Made by a program: the position numbers and the translations under genes
Notes under the pieces: generated by a model
Database searches by the model: none
The model's input: the letters and a program-made list of their open reading frames with translations, nothing else
Told to the model about the DNA's origin: nothing
Part shown: positions 36,702 to 47,867 of the stretch, piece after piece
Layout: each line of letters begins with the position of its first letter
Numbering within the stretch: the stretch's first letter is position 1
Assembly: GCA_051313645.2 (NCBI GenBank)
Contig: JBNRSN020000015.1
Location: forward strand, 134,292,001 to 134,356,000
Origin: Centroscyllium fabricii
Lineage: Eukaryota
Direction: 5' to 3'
DNA length: 64,000 bases

Positions 36702-37345
36702 GGGTGTCAGCCGTGGCCCAATGGGTGGCACTCAGAAGGTTGTGGCTTCAGGTCCCACTCCAGAGCACACAATCTAGGCTGACACTTCAGTGCAGGACTG
36801 AGAGAATGCTGCACTGTCGGAGGTGCTGTTAGACCAAGGCCCTACCTACCGTCTCAGGTGGACGTCAGCTGGTGGAATTTAAATTCAATTGAAAACCACA
36901 GCAATGTGGTTGACTCTTAATGCCGTCTGAAATGGCCGAGCAAGTCACTCAGTTGTAAACAACTGCTACGCAACATTGTGGGTGTACCTACACCATATGG
37001 ACTGCAGCAGTTCAAGAAGGCAGCTCACCACCATCTTCTCAAGGGCAATTAGGGATGGGCACTAAATGCACGCCTAGCCAGCCAGCGACACCCATATCCC
37101 ATCAACGAATAATTAAAAAAAAGATTCCGAGGCCCTATTTTGAAGAAGAGGAATGGAGTTATCCCCAGTGTCCTGGGCCAATATTTACATCTCAACCAGC
37201 CTCACTAACAGATTATCTGGCCAGTTATCCCATTGCTGTTTGTGGGACCTTGCTGTGCGCACATTGGCTGCCGGGTCTCCTACATTACAATAGTGACTAC
37301 ATTTCCAAAGTACTTCATTGGGATGTCCTGAGGTCGTGAAAGCAA
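36702..37345 (+). mobile_element. SacSINE1/DeuSINE-like element with nested fragments (~36865-37125)
   Basis: Head GTGTCAGCCGTGGC; Deu domain GTGTCCTGGGCCAATATTTA...TTGCTGTTTGTGGGACCTTGCTGTGCG. Confidence 0.75.
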
Positions 37346-37349
37346 CACC

Positions 37350-37765
37350 TTGATTTCAAAATCCTCATTCTTGTTTTCAAATCTCTCCATGGCCTCGCCC
37401 CCTCCCTATCTCTGTAATCTCCTCCAGCCCACAACCCTCCGAGATATCTGCGCTCCTCTAATTCTGCCCTCTTGCACATTCCTGATTATAATCGCTCAAC
37501 CATTGGTGGCCGTGCCTTCTGCTGCCTGGGCCCTAAGCTCTGGAATTCCCTCCCTAACCCTCTCTGCTTCTCTCCTGTAAGACGCTCCTTAAAACCGACC
37601 TCTTTGACCAAGCTTTTGGTCACCTGCCCTCATTTCTCCTTATGTGGCTCAGTGTCAAATTTATTGTCTTATAATAGTCCTGTGAAGCGCCCTGGGACAT
37701 TTTACTATGTTAAAGGTGCTATATAAATACAAGTTTTTTAAATATAAATGCAAGTCTTCCTTTCA
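37350..37765 (+). mobile_element. L2-like LINE 3' end
   Basis: HIPDYNRSTIGGRAFCCLGPKLWNSLP; tail GCTATATAAATACAAG. Confidence 0.75.
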
Positions 37766-37769
37766 CAGT

Positions 37770-38281
37770 AACATAGAAACATAGAAGATAGGAGCAGGAG
37801 TAGGCCATTTGGCCCCTTGAGCCTGCTCCACCATTCAATGAGATCATGGCTGATCATCCAAACTCAGTACCCTGTCCCTGCCTTCTCCCCATATCCCTTG
37901 ATCCCTTTAGCCTTAAGAAATATATTTAACTCCTTCTTGAATATATTTAATGAATTGACCTCTACTGCCTTCTGTGGTAGAGAATTCCACAGGTTCACCA
38001 CTCTCTGGGTGAAGAAATTCCTCCTCATCTCTGTCCTAACGGGCTGTGACCCCTGGTTCTGGACTCCCCCGACCATCAGGAACATCCTTCCTGCATCTCG
38101 TCTGTCCAGTCCTGTTAGAATTTTATAAGTATCAATGAGATCCCCTCTCATTCTTCTAAACTCCAGTGAGTATAAGCCCAATCGACCCAATCTCTCCTCA
38201 TACGTCATTCCTGCCATCCCACATATCAGTCTGGTGAATCTTCGCTGCACTCCCTCCATGGCAAGAACATCCTTCCTCAGA
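37770..38281 (-). mobile_element. CR1 (HER1-like) LINE 3' end
   Basis: MEGVQRRFTRLI...YEERLGRLGLYSLEFRRMRGDLI...NFFTQRVVNLWNSLP...GIKGYGEKAG; (TTTCTATG)n tail. Confidence 0.9.
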
Positions 38282-38866
38282 TATTCTTAACTATCGATTC
38301 CTTGAATAGTTTGCACAATTTTAGTGGGTGGAAGTTATTCATTCCTGTTGACTTACTGGATTCCGGCTTCACTCAGACTCAGGTAGCATGAGGTCATTGA
38401 ATAATCATTACAAGGTTTTGTGATCCAAGTAAACACATTGCAACAAATGCGATATTGCCAGTGGAGGTGCGATCGTGGCGGGAGAGGTGGCTGCCGGGTT
38501 CCAGTCCCGCTCATGGCTGCAGCCGCTCTGTAAAAAGGATTTTCCATTAATAGGGGTTGTTAAGCCGGCCCTGCGGGGTTCCCGGCCAATTAAATAGAAG
38601 CGGGTCTGATGACATCATTTGATGACACGTCATCAGCCAGTTTCCTTAAAGGGACCACAGCCGTATTCATTTTGACAGTGGTGCTGTCAGTGTTCTGCAG
38701 CATTGAGTTGCTGCAAACACCGATGAGCACTGCACAGCAGTGTATGCTTGCACCCAGGCTCTCGCATGACTCCCTCCATATGCTTATGGAGGGAGTCACA
38801 GCACGCAGGGAGGTTCTCTTCCCTTCCAATGGGCAGAAGAGACCTCCCCAGGACACCAACGTAGCC

Positions 38867-39195
38867 TCTGTGTGGAGTTTGCACATTCTCCCCGTGTCTG
38901 CGTGGGTTTCCTCCGGGTGCTCCGGTTTCCTCCCACAGTCCAAAGATGTGCGGGTTAGGTTGATTGGCCGGGATAAATTGACCCTTAGTGTTAGGGGGAT
39001 TGAATATGTGGGGTTACGGGGATAGGGTGGGATATGTGTCGGTGCAGGCTCGATAGGGATCGAGCGATGTGGCAAGAGGGCAGGGGCGGGGTACTGGGTT
39101 TGGATGATCAGCCATGATCTCATTGAATGGCGGAGCAGGCTCGAAGGGCCGAATGGCCTACTCCTGCTCCTAGTTTCTATATTTCTATGTTTCTA
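38867..39195 (+). mobile_element. HE1/V-SINE, 5'-truncated
   Basis: V-domain plus tail. Confidence 0.9.
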
Positions 39196-40213
39196 TGGTT
39201 GCACATTGCACAGGAGGAGACAAGCAGGGATGTCATCAGGAGGACCAGGCTGCAGTGGCCAAACCTTTCAATGATCTCAATAGATCACGAAACATTACTG
39301 CAAAGCCACACTCAACCTCATCCTGCTGTGCCACTCATCACATCCCCATAACTCTGCCTTCCCTACCTTACTCCTGCACATCTTTACTCACACCAACTTA
39401 CCTTGCACCTCCACCCATCCCTCTCTATCTACATAATCACTTCCCCATCTCACTAGCCACCCCTCATACTCACCATCATCCTAGTGCAATCATACTAACT
39501 GACAACACACAAGGGTAGCCACGTGGGTGTTTTATGCAATGTTCATGTAAATTTTCTGTTAATGTGTTGTCAAACATTGAAATCTTTATTTTCAACACTT
39601 TCCCTTATTGCACAGATCTGTGCTCACCTTTGGAAGTGTCTTAGTGTATTGCAGTGAATGGTGAGACATAATGGTATCCCTCGCAATGGTGATGAGTGTG
39701 AAAGGAGTGGCTTGGACATTGTAGAGATGCTTTATGGTGAAGGTGTGGGGTGGTGTTAACCTGGCGCATCATATGGCAGCCAGGATGGACAGCGTCAAGT
39801 GAAGTAAATCTGGCCAGGGTGATGTCATCGCTGACCTCCTGGGCAGCAGTGTGATCAGGTGCTGATGCCCTGTGTCCTGGGCAGCATCAGGTGATCGCAG
39901 AGAAGATTGGTATTGTTGTTGGTGCTGTTGGTATGCCTGGTGATGTTGGTGCTGGGGCTGATGGTGGAGGGATTTAGAGGACCAAGGTGAGATTATTTCA
40001 AGGGCATCAATGCTGCTGCAATAGATGGCAGCTAAATTTGAGATGACAGAAGCGATCTGTCAACGGTGAGAGAGCTTGCTCCAAGGAGGTGACAGTGGAT
40101 GGAGAGTTTACTCTAAACACTTCCAAACTGCATACAGCTCAAAAGTGTCTTCCAAGTCCTGAAGGCTCAAACTTCTGACATTAGAAAGTGACCAACTGTG
40201 AAATGGTAGCATT

Positions 40214-40606
40214 CATAGAAACATAGAAACATAGAAGATAGGAGCAGGAGTAGGCCATTCGGCCCTTCAAGCCTGCTCCGCCATTCAATGGGATCATCCA
40301 AACCCTGTCCCTGCCTTGTCCCCATATCCCTCGATCCCTATTGAGCCTGCACCGACACATATCCCACCCTATCCCCGTAACCCCACATATTCAATCCCCC
40401 TAACAGTAAGGGTCAATTTATCATGGCCAATCAACCTAACCCGCACATCTTTGGACTGTGGGAGGAAATCGGAGCACCCGGAGGAAACCCACGCAGACAC
40501 GGGGAGAATGTGAAAACGCCACACAGATAGTACCCGAGGCTCGATTTGAACCCGGGTCTCTAGTGCTGTGAGGCAACAGTGCTAATCACTATGGCAACAT
40601 GCCGCC
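40214..40606 (-). mobile_element. HE1/V-SINE
   Basis: Reverse copy with an internal deletion in the tail. Confidence 0.9.
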
Positions 40607-40914
40607 ACTTATGCAGCTGTCACCTATTCACAGCAATGGGGAGACATAGAACCCGACCTACTTACCTGACATGATCTCCGAACGATATGAATCCCATTAA
40701 AAATGTGAAAAAGCTGGCAAAAAAGTAGAAAACAAGCACTTAACAAACAGTTACATATCTTAAATGCCTCCCCCACCGCTTGGTGTCGGGTCTGTTCTGA
40801 AATCACAGACCCAACACTTTGGAAACTTACATGGAGGTGGGTTCGCAGCGGGTTCCCAACCCTGTCAATCATTTTGCATTTGACAAATTGCTTTTGAATT
40901 TTTCGAGGGGGTGA

Positions 40915-41650
40915 CTCTGTGTGGATGAGGGTAGTGCAGTGGATGTGGTATACATGGATTTCAGTAAGGCTTTTGATAAAGTCCCGCATAGGAGATTGGT
41001 CAAGAAGGTAAGAGCCCATGGGATCCAGGGCACCGTGGCACATTGGATCCAAAACTGGCTTTGTGGCAGAAGGCGGATGATGGAGCTGTACAAAATGCTG
41101 GTAAGGCCACAGCTGGAGTACTGTGTACAGTTCTGGTCACCACACTATAGGAAGGATGTGATTGCTTTGGAGAGGGTGCAGAGGAGCTTTACCAGCATGT
41201 TACCTGGGCTGGAGCGCTTCAGCTATGAAGAAAGATTGGACATGCAGGGGTTGTTTTCCTAGGAGCAGAGAAGGCTAAGGGGGGACCTGATTGAGGTATA
41301 CAAAATTATGAGGGGCATAGACAGGGTAGATAGAAAGGAACTTTTTCCCTTAGTAGTGGGGTCAATAACAAGGGGGCATAGTTTCAAGGTAAGGAGCAGG
41401 AGGTTTAGAGGGGATTTGAGGAGGAACTTTTTCACCCAGAGGGTGGTTGGAGTCTGGAACTCACTGCCTGAAAGGGTGGTAGAGGCAGGAACCCTCACAA
41501 CATTCAAGAAGCATTTAGATGAGCACTGGAAATGCCATAGCATACAAGGCTACGGACCAAATGCAGGAAAATGGAATTAGAATAGACAGGGCGTGGACGC
41601 AATTGGCTGAAGGGCCTCTTTCTGTGCTGTATAACTCTATGACTCTATGA
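40915..41650 (+). mobile_element. CR1 LINE fragment (subfamily B, internally deleted)
   Basis: DEGSAVDVVYMDFSKAFDKVPH fused to LYKMLVRPQLEYCVQFWSP; tail CTCTATGACTCTATGA. Confidence 0.9.
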
Positions 41651-42684
41651 CAGTGGACCCGCCTCCAAACTCGCATTCTGAGCGCCGGGAAAATTCAGCC
41701 CTTAGTAATAGTACCGTAGGTTTGTTCTGCTATTCTTTGTAGCATTATTCAGTACCTTATTTATATTATTTAGTTGTATGGGAGAGGATAGACTTTCCCC
41801 CTGTAAGAATTTGTATCACAGGTCCCATACAGATTACCCAAAGTGTCTTAGGAGTTGTAAAGCTACAGTTTAAGTGTAATTAGATGCTACATGCAATTGA
41901 AATAGACACAGTAGGCAGCTGAGGGTGATCTACGGTTCCTGAGCGGAACGGAACAGAATGACTAGACAGAGGGTGAGGTAAAATGGTGGTCTCGGATTGG
42001 GTGGATCCCTGCAGCCTGCGGGAGCGGTCACTTCCGTTTGGTCGTCTCTCGAGCTGTTGGAGGTGTTAGGCCATTGGCCAGCATCGATCCACCTCAGAGG
42101 CTAAACCTGACCAAGGTGTTAGGCCGTTTCCAGCCTGCAGCCACCTCAGAGAAGCCCTCGCCCCTAACTGCCTGCCTTCCTCTCCTGGTCGGCCATTTTC
42201 TTACCTTATTTCAATGGGATGGTGGATACCTGGTGTCAATCATTTTTACCCATCCCATTGTCCAATTACAAGGGAGAGGGTACCCCTGACAGCCCCCACC
42301 CCCCTCCAATCCTTCTGAGCTCAGCTATTTCCCTACTTCTGTTCTAAATATCTTGTGTTTCTAAAGACATCTCGCTTATCCTACTGGCTCCATGCAGTCC
42401 TCCTCATCAGGTTAGGTATGTTTGCTGGGAGGCCTGCCCTGGTGATGATCGAGCCCTCTCTGCAGATCTGATGTGAGTGGAATTCTCTCTCGGTCATCAG
42501 CCAGCCCTCATCTGGTGAGTTGGCAAACCTACTTTTTGCAGAATCGTTATTCCTTTTATAACTTGCGATATCTTTGTGTTTAAAGATTTCTTACACCCCT
42601 CTATTACTAGCAGATGTGCTTCAGCTGTTGGTATATTAGGCTGTAGTTGTGCTCCAGACATCAGTTTCAGACAGGCATCTGTAC

Positions 42685-42795
42685 ACTGAAATAATAACAG
42701 AAAGTGCTGGAAACATTCAGCAGGCCAGGCAGCATCTGTGGAGAGAGAAACAGAGTTAACATTTCAGGTCAATGACCTTTCATCAGAACTGTAGG
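42685..42795 (-). mobile_element. Penelope-derived fragment (family 2) with hammerhead motif at 42754-42790
   Basis: AGUU-CUGAUGA-AAGGUC-AUU-GACCU-GAAA-UG-U-U-AACU. Confidence 0.65.
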
Positions 42796-43394
42796 AGGCT
42801 AGAGATTTAACAGTTTATCGGAGAGAAGAGCAGATCTTCTTCAAGGTGGGCATTTCTGTAGAACGATGCTCATTTGGTAGATCCCAGCCGTACTGCTGGC
42901 TGTGCCTCATACTCAGCACATTGACCATGTAATTCTGTGTGTGCGTGCTTGGATACCTGTGCATAGATCATATCCCCAGGTGGCTGACTTTTTAAACAGG
43001 CAGGGCAAGTGCTTCATTCCTAATTTAAAAATAACATGTAAATGAACTAACTGGACACTTTTAAAATATGGTAAGATGTCAGGCTGGAGTACCCTGCACC
43101 CTGTACAAACTTGAGGCCATTAGGTCTGCCTGCTGGACAGGACTTTACACCTCTTGATTTATCGTCTGGTTGGACTGTGGTAAAAAGATAAGAAGGAACT
43201 TGCATTTATATAGCGGATTTGTCCCACAATGCTTTATAGACAATAAAGTACTTTAGAATTGTATTCATTACTGTAATGTAGGAAACACAGCAGCCAATCT
43301 GTGCACAGTAAGATCCTGCAAACAGCAATGAGCCAATGACCACATAATTTGTTCATTGCGGTGAAGGCTGAGGGATAAATATTGGACAGAACGC

Positions 43395-43810
43395 TAGAAA
43401 CATAGAAACATAGAAACAGAAGATAGGAGCAGGAGTAGGCCATTCGGCCCCTCGAGCCTGCTCCGCCATTCAATGAGATCATGGCTGATCATCCAAACCC
43501 AGCACCCCGCCCCTGCCCTCTCCCCATATCCCTCGATCCCTATCGAGCCTGCATCGACACATATCCCACCCTATCCCCGTAACCCCACATATTTAATCCC
43601 CCTAACACTAAGGGTCAATTTATCATGGCCAATCAACCTAACCTGCACATCTTTGGACTGTGGGAGGAAACCGGAGCACCCGGAGGAAACCCACGCAGAC
43701 ACGGGGAGAATGTGCAAACTCCACACAGATAGTACCCGAGGCTGGATTTGAACCCGGGTCTCCAGTGCTGTGAGACAACATTGCTAACCACTGTGCCACC
43801 GTGCCGCCCC
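43395..43810 (-). mobile_element. HE1/V-SINE
   Basis: Full-length reverse copy. Confidence 0.9.
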
Positions 43811-43856
43811 CTAGAGATAACCCCCCTGCTCTACTTTGAAATAATGCCATAGGATA

Positions 43857-44345
43857 CAGGTTGAGCACCGGTAATCCGGCACGGGCGGGACCAGGCCCAT
43901 GCCGGGAAAGTGAAAAAACCGGTAGAATGAAGTCGGTCAGTGCGCATGCGCGCACCATTCAAAATGGCCGCACGCATGCACACAACATTGGAAATGGCCG
44001 CCGAACGTCCTTACGGAGTCTCAGCTGTGGTTTGTGCCTCCTGATGACGGCTAGCAGGCTGCTCCGGGGAACCGCGCGCTTCACCATGGCGGGCGCTCGG
44101 GACTCGCACATTCAAAACGCGGTGCGAGCCGCCGCGCCCTGACGCCACGGAAGGCCCGGCTCGTCCGGTGGCCGTTTTGAAAGATCTGCGCATGCGCTCG
44201 CTGTTTGGCGGCGCATGCGCAGATCATTCGCCGAAGCCTCGATCGCGGCTGCCATTTTGTACATGCGCAGTGCAGTCGGGGCAATTTGTTCCGGAAGACT
44301 GAAGTTGCCGGCGTTTCGGGTAATGGATTACCGGTGCTCAACCTG
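43857..44345. mobile_element. Tigger/pogo-like MITE
   Basis: 21-bp perfect TIR CAGGTTGAGCACCGGTAATCC with TA TSD on both sides. Confidence 0.9.
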
Positions 44346-44864
44346 TATTTTACGTCCACCTGGGAGGGCAGACAGGGCCTCGGCTTTGCGTCTCATCTGA
44401 AAGACAGCACCTCCGACAGTGCTGCACTCCCTCAGCACTGCACTCGATTGTCAGCCTAGAATTCTTTTAGAGTTAGGGTAGGAGCAACCATACTCTCAAA
44501 CACACACACACACACACAAAAAACCTCAGGTTCAATAGACCATCTCAGCACTTTTTAAACTGAGCTCGACAGTGTACAGACATTATATTCTAGCAAGTGA
44601 CAAGCATCAGCAGTGCTTGATGGCCTCTCTGATAGAGCATCAGGCAGTTGTATATTGAAGTCAGATTGGGAACTAACTCTGGCCTGACCTGAGTTATACT
44701 GGCACACTTAGTTGCGGTGAAGATGAAGCCACTTTGTAATGTTGCAAAATTGACATCGTACTACTCTTCATGTCTTTGGGAATCAGATTGCCAACCTCAC
44801 TCCAGAGGTATATTGCCACATTCATATCAAGGGACACTCAAGACCACTTTGTCTTATTGCAAAA

Positions 44865-45267
44865 GGGCGGCACGGTTGCATAGTGGTTAGCACTGTTGCC
44901 TCACAGCACCAGAGACCCGGGTTCAAATCCAGCCTCGGGTACTATCTGTGTGGAGTTTGCAGATTCTCCCTGTGTCTGCGTGGGTTTCCTCCGGGTGCTC
45001 CGGTTCCCTCCCACAGTCCAAAGATGTGCGGCTTAGGTTGATTGGCCATGATAAATTGACCCTTAGTGTTAGGGGGATTGAATATGTGGGGTTACGGGGA
45101 TAGGGTGGGATATGTGTTGGTGCAGGCTCGATAGGGATCGAGGGATATGGGGACAAGGCAGGGACAGGGTGCTGGGTTTGGATGATCAGCCACGATCTCA
45201 TTGAATGGCAGAGCAGGCTTGAAGGGCCGAATGGCCGACTCCTGCTCCTATCTTCTATGTTTCTATG
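44865..45267 (+). mobile_element. HE1/V-SINE
   Basis: Full-length copy. Confidence 0.9.
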
Positions 45268-45356
45268 TAACTTCAGCCTAAGACACAATAGTGGATAATA
45301 GGGAGAGCATGGTGAATATCACCTGAAAGTCAGAATTGGGTTGTGGCTTTCAAGGA

Positions 45357-45950
45357 CAGGTTGAGCACCATTAATCCGGCACCCTCAGGACCAGGCCAGT
45401 GCCGGACCACTGAAAATTCCGAACCACTGAAGGTTCAGGGGGAGCGCGCGGTAGAACACTTGCCGGGGCCTGGAGCGTGCGGTAGAACACTCCCCGGGGC
45501 CCGGAGCGTGTGGTAGAACACTCCCCGGGGCCCGGAGCGCACGGTAGAACACTCCCCGGGGCCCGGAGCGTGTGGTAGAACACTCCCCGGGGCCCGGAGC
45601 GTGTGGTAGAACACTCCCCGGGGCCCAGAGCGTGCGGTAGAACACTCCCCGGGGCCCAGAGCACGCGGTAGAACACTCCCCGGGGCCCAGAGCGTGTGGT
45701 AGAACACTCCCCGGGGCCCGAAGCGCGCGGTAGAACACTGCCCGGGAGGGAGCCCGGGGACAGAACACTTACAAGACCTGAAAAAACAGAAACCCAAATG
45801 CCCGACTCCTTCGGCGCTTGCTCACCCGTCACGGGAAATGGTGGCGCCACCAAGCAGCTGCTCTGCAAGATGAAGAGCGCCAATTTCCAATCGTGCCGAA
45901 CCACTGAAGCTGCCGGACCATCGGGTGCCAGATTACCGGTGCTCAACCGG
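45357..45950. mobile_element. Tigger/pogo-like MITE with internal minisatellite
   Basis: CAGGTTGAGCACC...GGTGCTCAACCGG|TA; reverse-complement homolog at 56502-56778. Confidence 0.85.
45445..45745. repeat. 31-bp GC-rich minisatellite, ~10 units
   Basis: GGTAGAACACTCCCCGGGGCCCGGAGCGTGT starting at 45450, 45481, 45512 ... 45729. Confidence 0.95.
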
Positions 45951-46139
45951 TATTAGTAATTCTGTATTATAGCAGCAGATCACTTATGGCTTTGCTCATA
46001 GTTATACCTCTGTATGGAAAGGGTACTGGCTGTGAATCTGGGGCAGGGTTTCACTTCTCCATTGAGTTTGGAAAGAAGCTTGCAAGACAGGTCCTCAGAA
46101 ACAGTGCAGCATTTTTCATTCTTACACGAAAAACAAATA

Positions 46140-47337
46140 GGCTGAAAAATTGGTCAGCGCATGTTTTGGGGCGCTAACCTCAGCGCCGATAGAAAATTAG
46201 CGCCGGAGCCTCCAATCTTCGCTTTAGCGCCTGCCTTGCAGATTGCAGCACTAAATCAAGCATTGCATAGGTGCAAACGGCCAATATTCAGGCGCTAAGT
46301 GGCGAGTGCGGGCACAGCGCTCCATCTGCCACTTCTGGCCTTCCCAGCAATGCCGGCGCCGGTCAGCTCTTAAAGGGGGAGGGGAAATAGTATATGATCT
46401 CTCCTCACCGCCCTCTGTCTCTCTCTGTATCTCTCCTCACCTCCCTCTGTCTGTCTCCGATCTCTGCTCACCTCCCTCTGTCTCTCTCCTCACCTCCCTC
46501 TGCCTCTCTCTGTAACTCTCCTCACCTCCCTCTGCCTCTCTCTGTATCTCTCCTAACCTCCCTCTGTCTCTCTCTGATCTCCCCTCACCTCCCTCTGTCT
46601 CTCCCTGTATCTCTCCTAACCTCCCTCTGTCTGTCTCTGATCTCCTCTCACCTCCCTCTGTCTCTCTCTGTATCTCTCCTAACAGCCCTCTGTCTGTCTC
46701 TGATCTCCCCTCACCTCCCTCTGTCTCTCCCTGTATCTCTCCTAACCTCCCTCTGTCTGTCTCCGATCTCCCCTCACCTCCCTCTGTCTCTCTCTGTATC
46801 TCTCCTAACCTCCCTCTGTCTGTCACCTATCTCCCCTCACCTCCCTCTATCTCTCTCTGTATCTCTCCTCACCTCCCTCTGTCTCTCTCTGTATCTCTCC
46901 TAACCTCCCTGTGTCTCTCTCTGATCTCCCCTCACCTCCCTCTGTCTCTCTCTGTATCTCTCCTAACCTCCCTCTGTCTGTCTCCGATCTCCCACAAAAT
47001 GGCCACTGCACGAAAGGGAGGAAGTGTCTCCCTTTAAAGAACGCCACAGCGGCCCCACATCACCTCAGCTTTGTTTGTGAAAGCTGGCGTGGGCAGCGCT
47101 GGGCGTTAGTTAGGCGGCCGCTGGTCAATTTCGGGTGCAGCCCTGGGGCCGGGCGTTGCACCAGGATATCAGGAAGGATTCACGTTCCCCAAGTAGCGCG
47201 CGCTAACAGTTAGCACTGGCGCTGTTCGCTTGGTGAATTTTGGGCGTGGCGCAAAAGCTTTTGCGCCCGGCGCTAAAACCTCTTGCGCCCATTTTCGGGC
47301 GCTAATCGGCCGGCGCTAGAGTGCCAATTTTTCGGCC
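46140..47337. mobile_element. Non-autonomous Harbinger-like element
   Basis: TIR GGCTGAAAAATTGG / CCAATTTTTCGGCC (1 mismatch), 3-bp TSD ATA, many GGCGCT subterminal motifs. Confidence 0.7.
46395..46992. repeat. CT-rich minisatellite, ~63-bp higher-order unit
   Basis: 21-codon periodicity in the translation (ISPHLPLSLSVSLLTSLCLSL). Confidence 0.9.
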
Positions 47338-47361
47338 ATAGTGTTTTCCTTACTCGCTGCA

Positions 47362-47645
47362 GATAAGAACATAAGAACATAAGAAATAGGAGCAGGAGTC
47401 GGCCAATCGGCCCCTCGAGCCTGCTCCGCCATTCAATAAGATCATGGCTGATCTGATCCTAACCTCAATTTTATTTTTACTCTCCACCCCACCCAGACCA
47501 ATGTGATCACCTGGGAGAGGCGAAAAACCAGACAAAAAAACAAAAACAAAAAAAAACAGTAGCCAATTTTGGAGAAAAAAAAATCAGGAAAATTCCTCTC
47601 CGACCCATCTAGGCAATCGAAAACTGGTCCAGGAGATCACATGGC
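47362..47645 (-). mobile_element. CR1-type 3'UTR fragment (subfamily C)
   Basis: (TTCTTATG)n tail; homologous to 60480-60831. Confidence 0.7.
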
Positions 47646-47867
47646 CGTTAAATCGCAGGAACATAAATAAACCTCTGTGCATAATATGTGGAGCAGCCTT
47701 ATCACCCTTCTGGTGCACTCCCAGTCCATCTCCCATGGGAGAAAGGACCAAATGTTGGCGAGGATTGAGATATGCTGGGTCCCAGCCTATATTGGGCATT
47801 TGTGCTGGGATTTGTTAGTTGGGGGGGGGGGGGGGGGGGGGCCTGCCTGGCCATTACAGGGCCACAG

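Larger units (their letters stand above)
38450..41701 (+). mobile_element. Decayed PIF/Harbinger-like transposon with Myb/SANT-like ORF remnant, hosting nested SINEs and a CR1
   Basis: APRLSHDSLHMLMEGVTARREVLFPSNGQKRPPQDTNVA|WLHIAQEETSRDVIRRT split by a SINE; right end AAAATTCAGCCC|TTA; left end not found. Confidence 0.55.
43195..44460 (-). mobile_element. SacSINE1/DeuSINE-like element split by an HE1 SINE and a MITE
   Basis: Pieces 43195-43394, 43811-43854 and 44348-44460 are collinear with 36702-37345. Confidence 0.7.

Noticed and set aside
45445-45745. Regular 31-bp repeats resembling a CRISPR array, and overlapping ORFs of 120-191 aa
   Set aside because: Contiguous tandem units with no unique spacers, inside a vertebrate MITE; the ORFs result from stop-free GC-rich repeats
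46394-46903. Ser/Leu/Pro and Glu/Gly/Arg repeat ORFs
   Set aside because: Translation of the CT minisatellite
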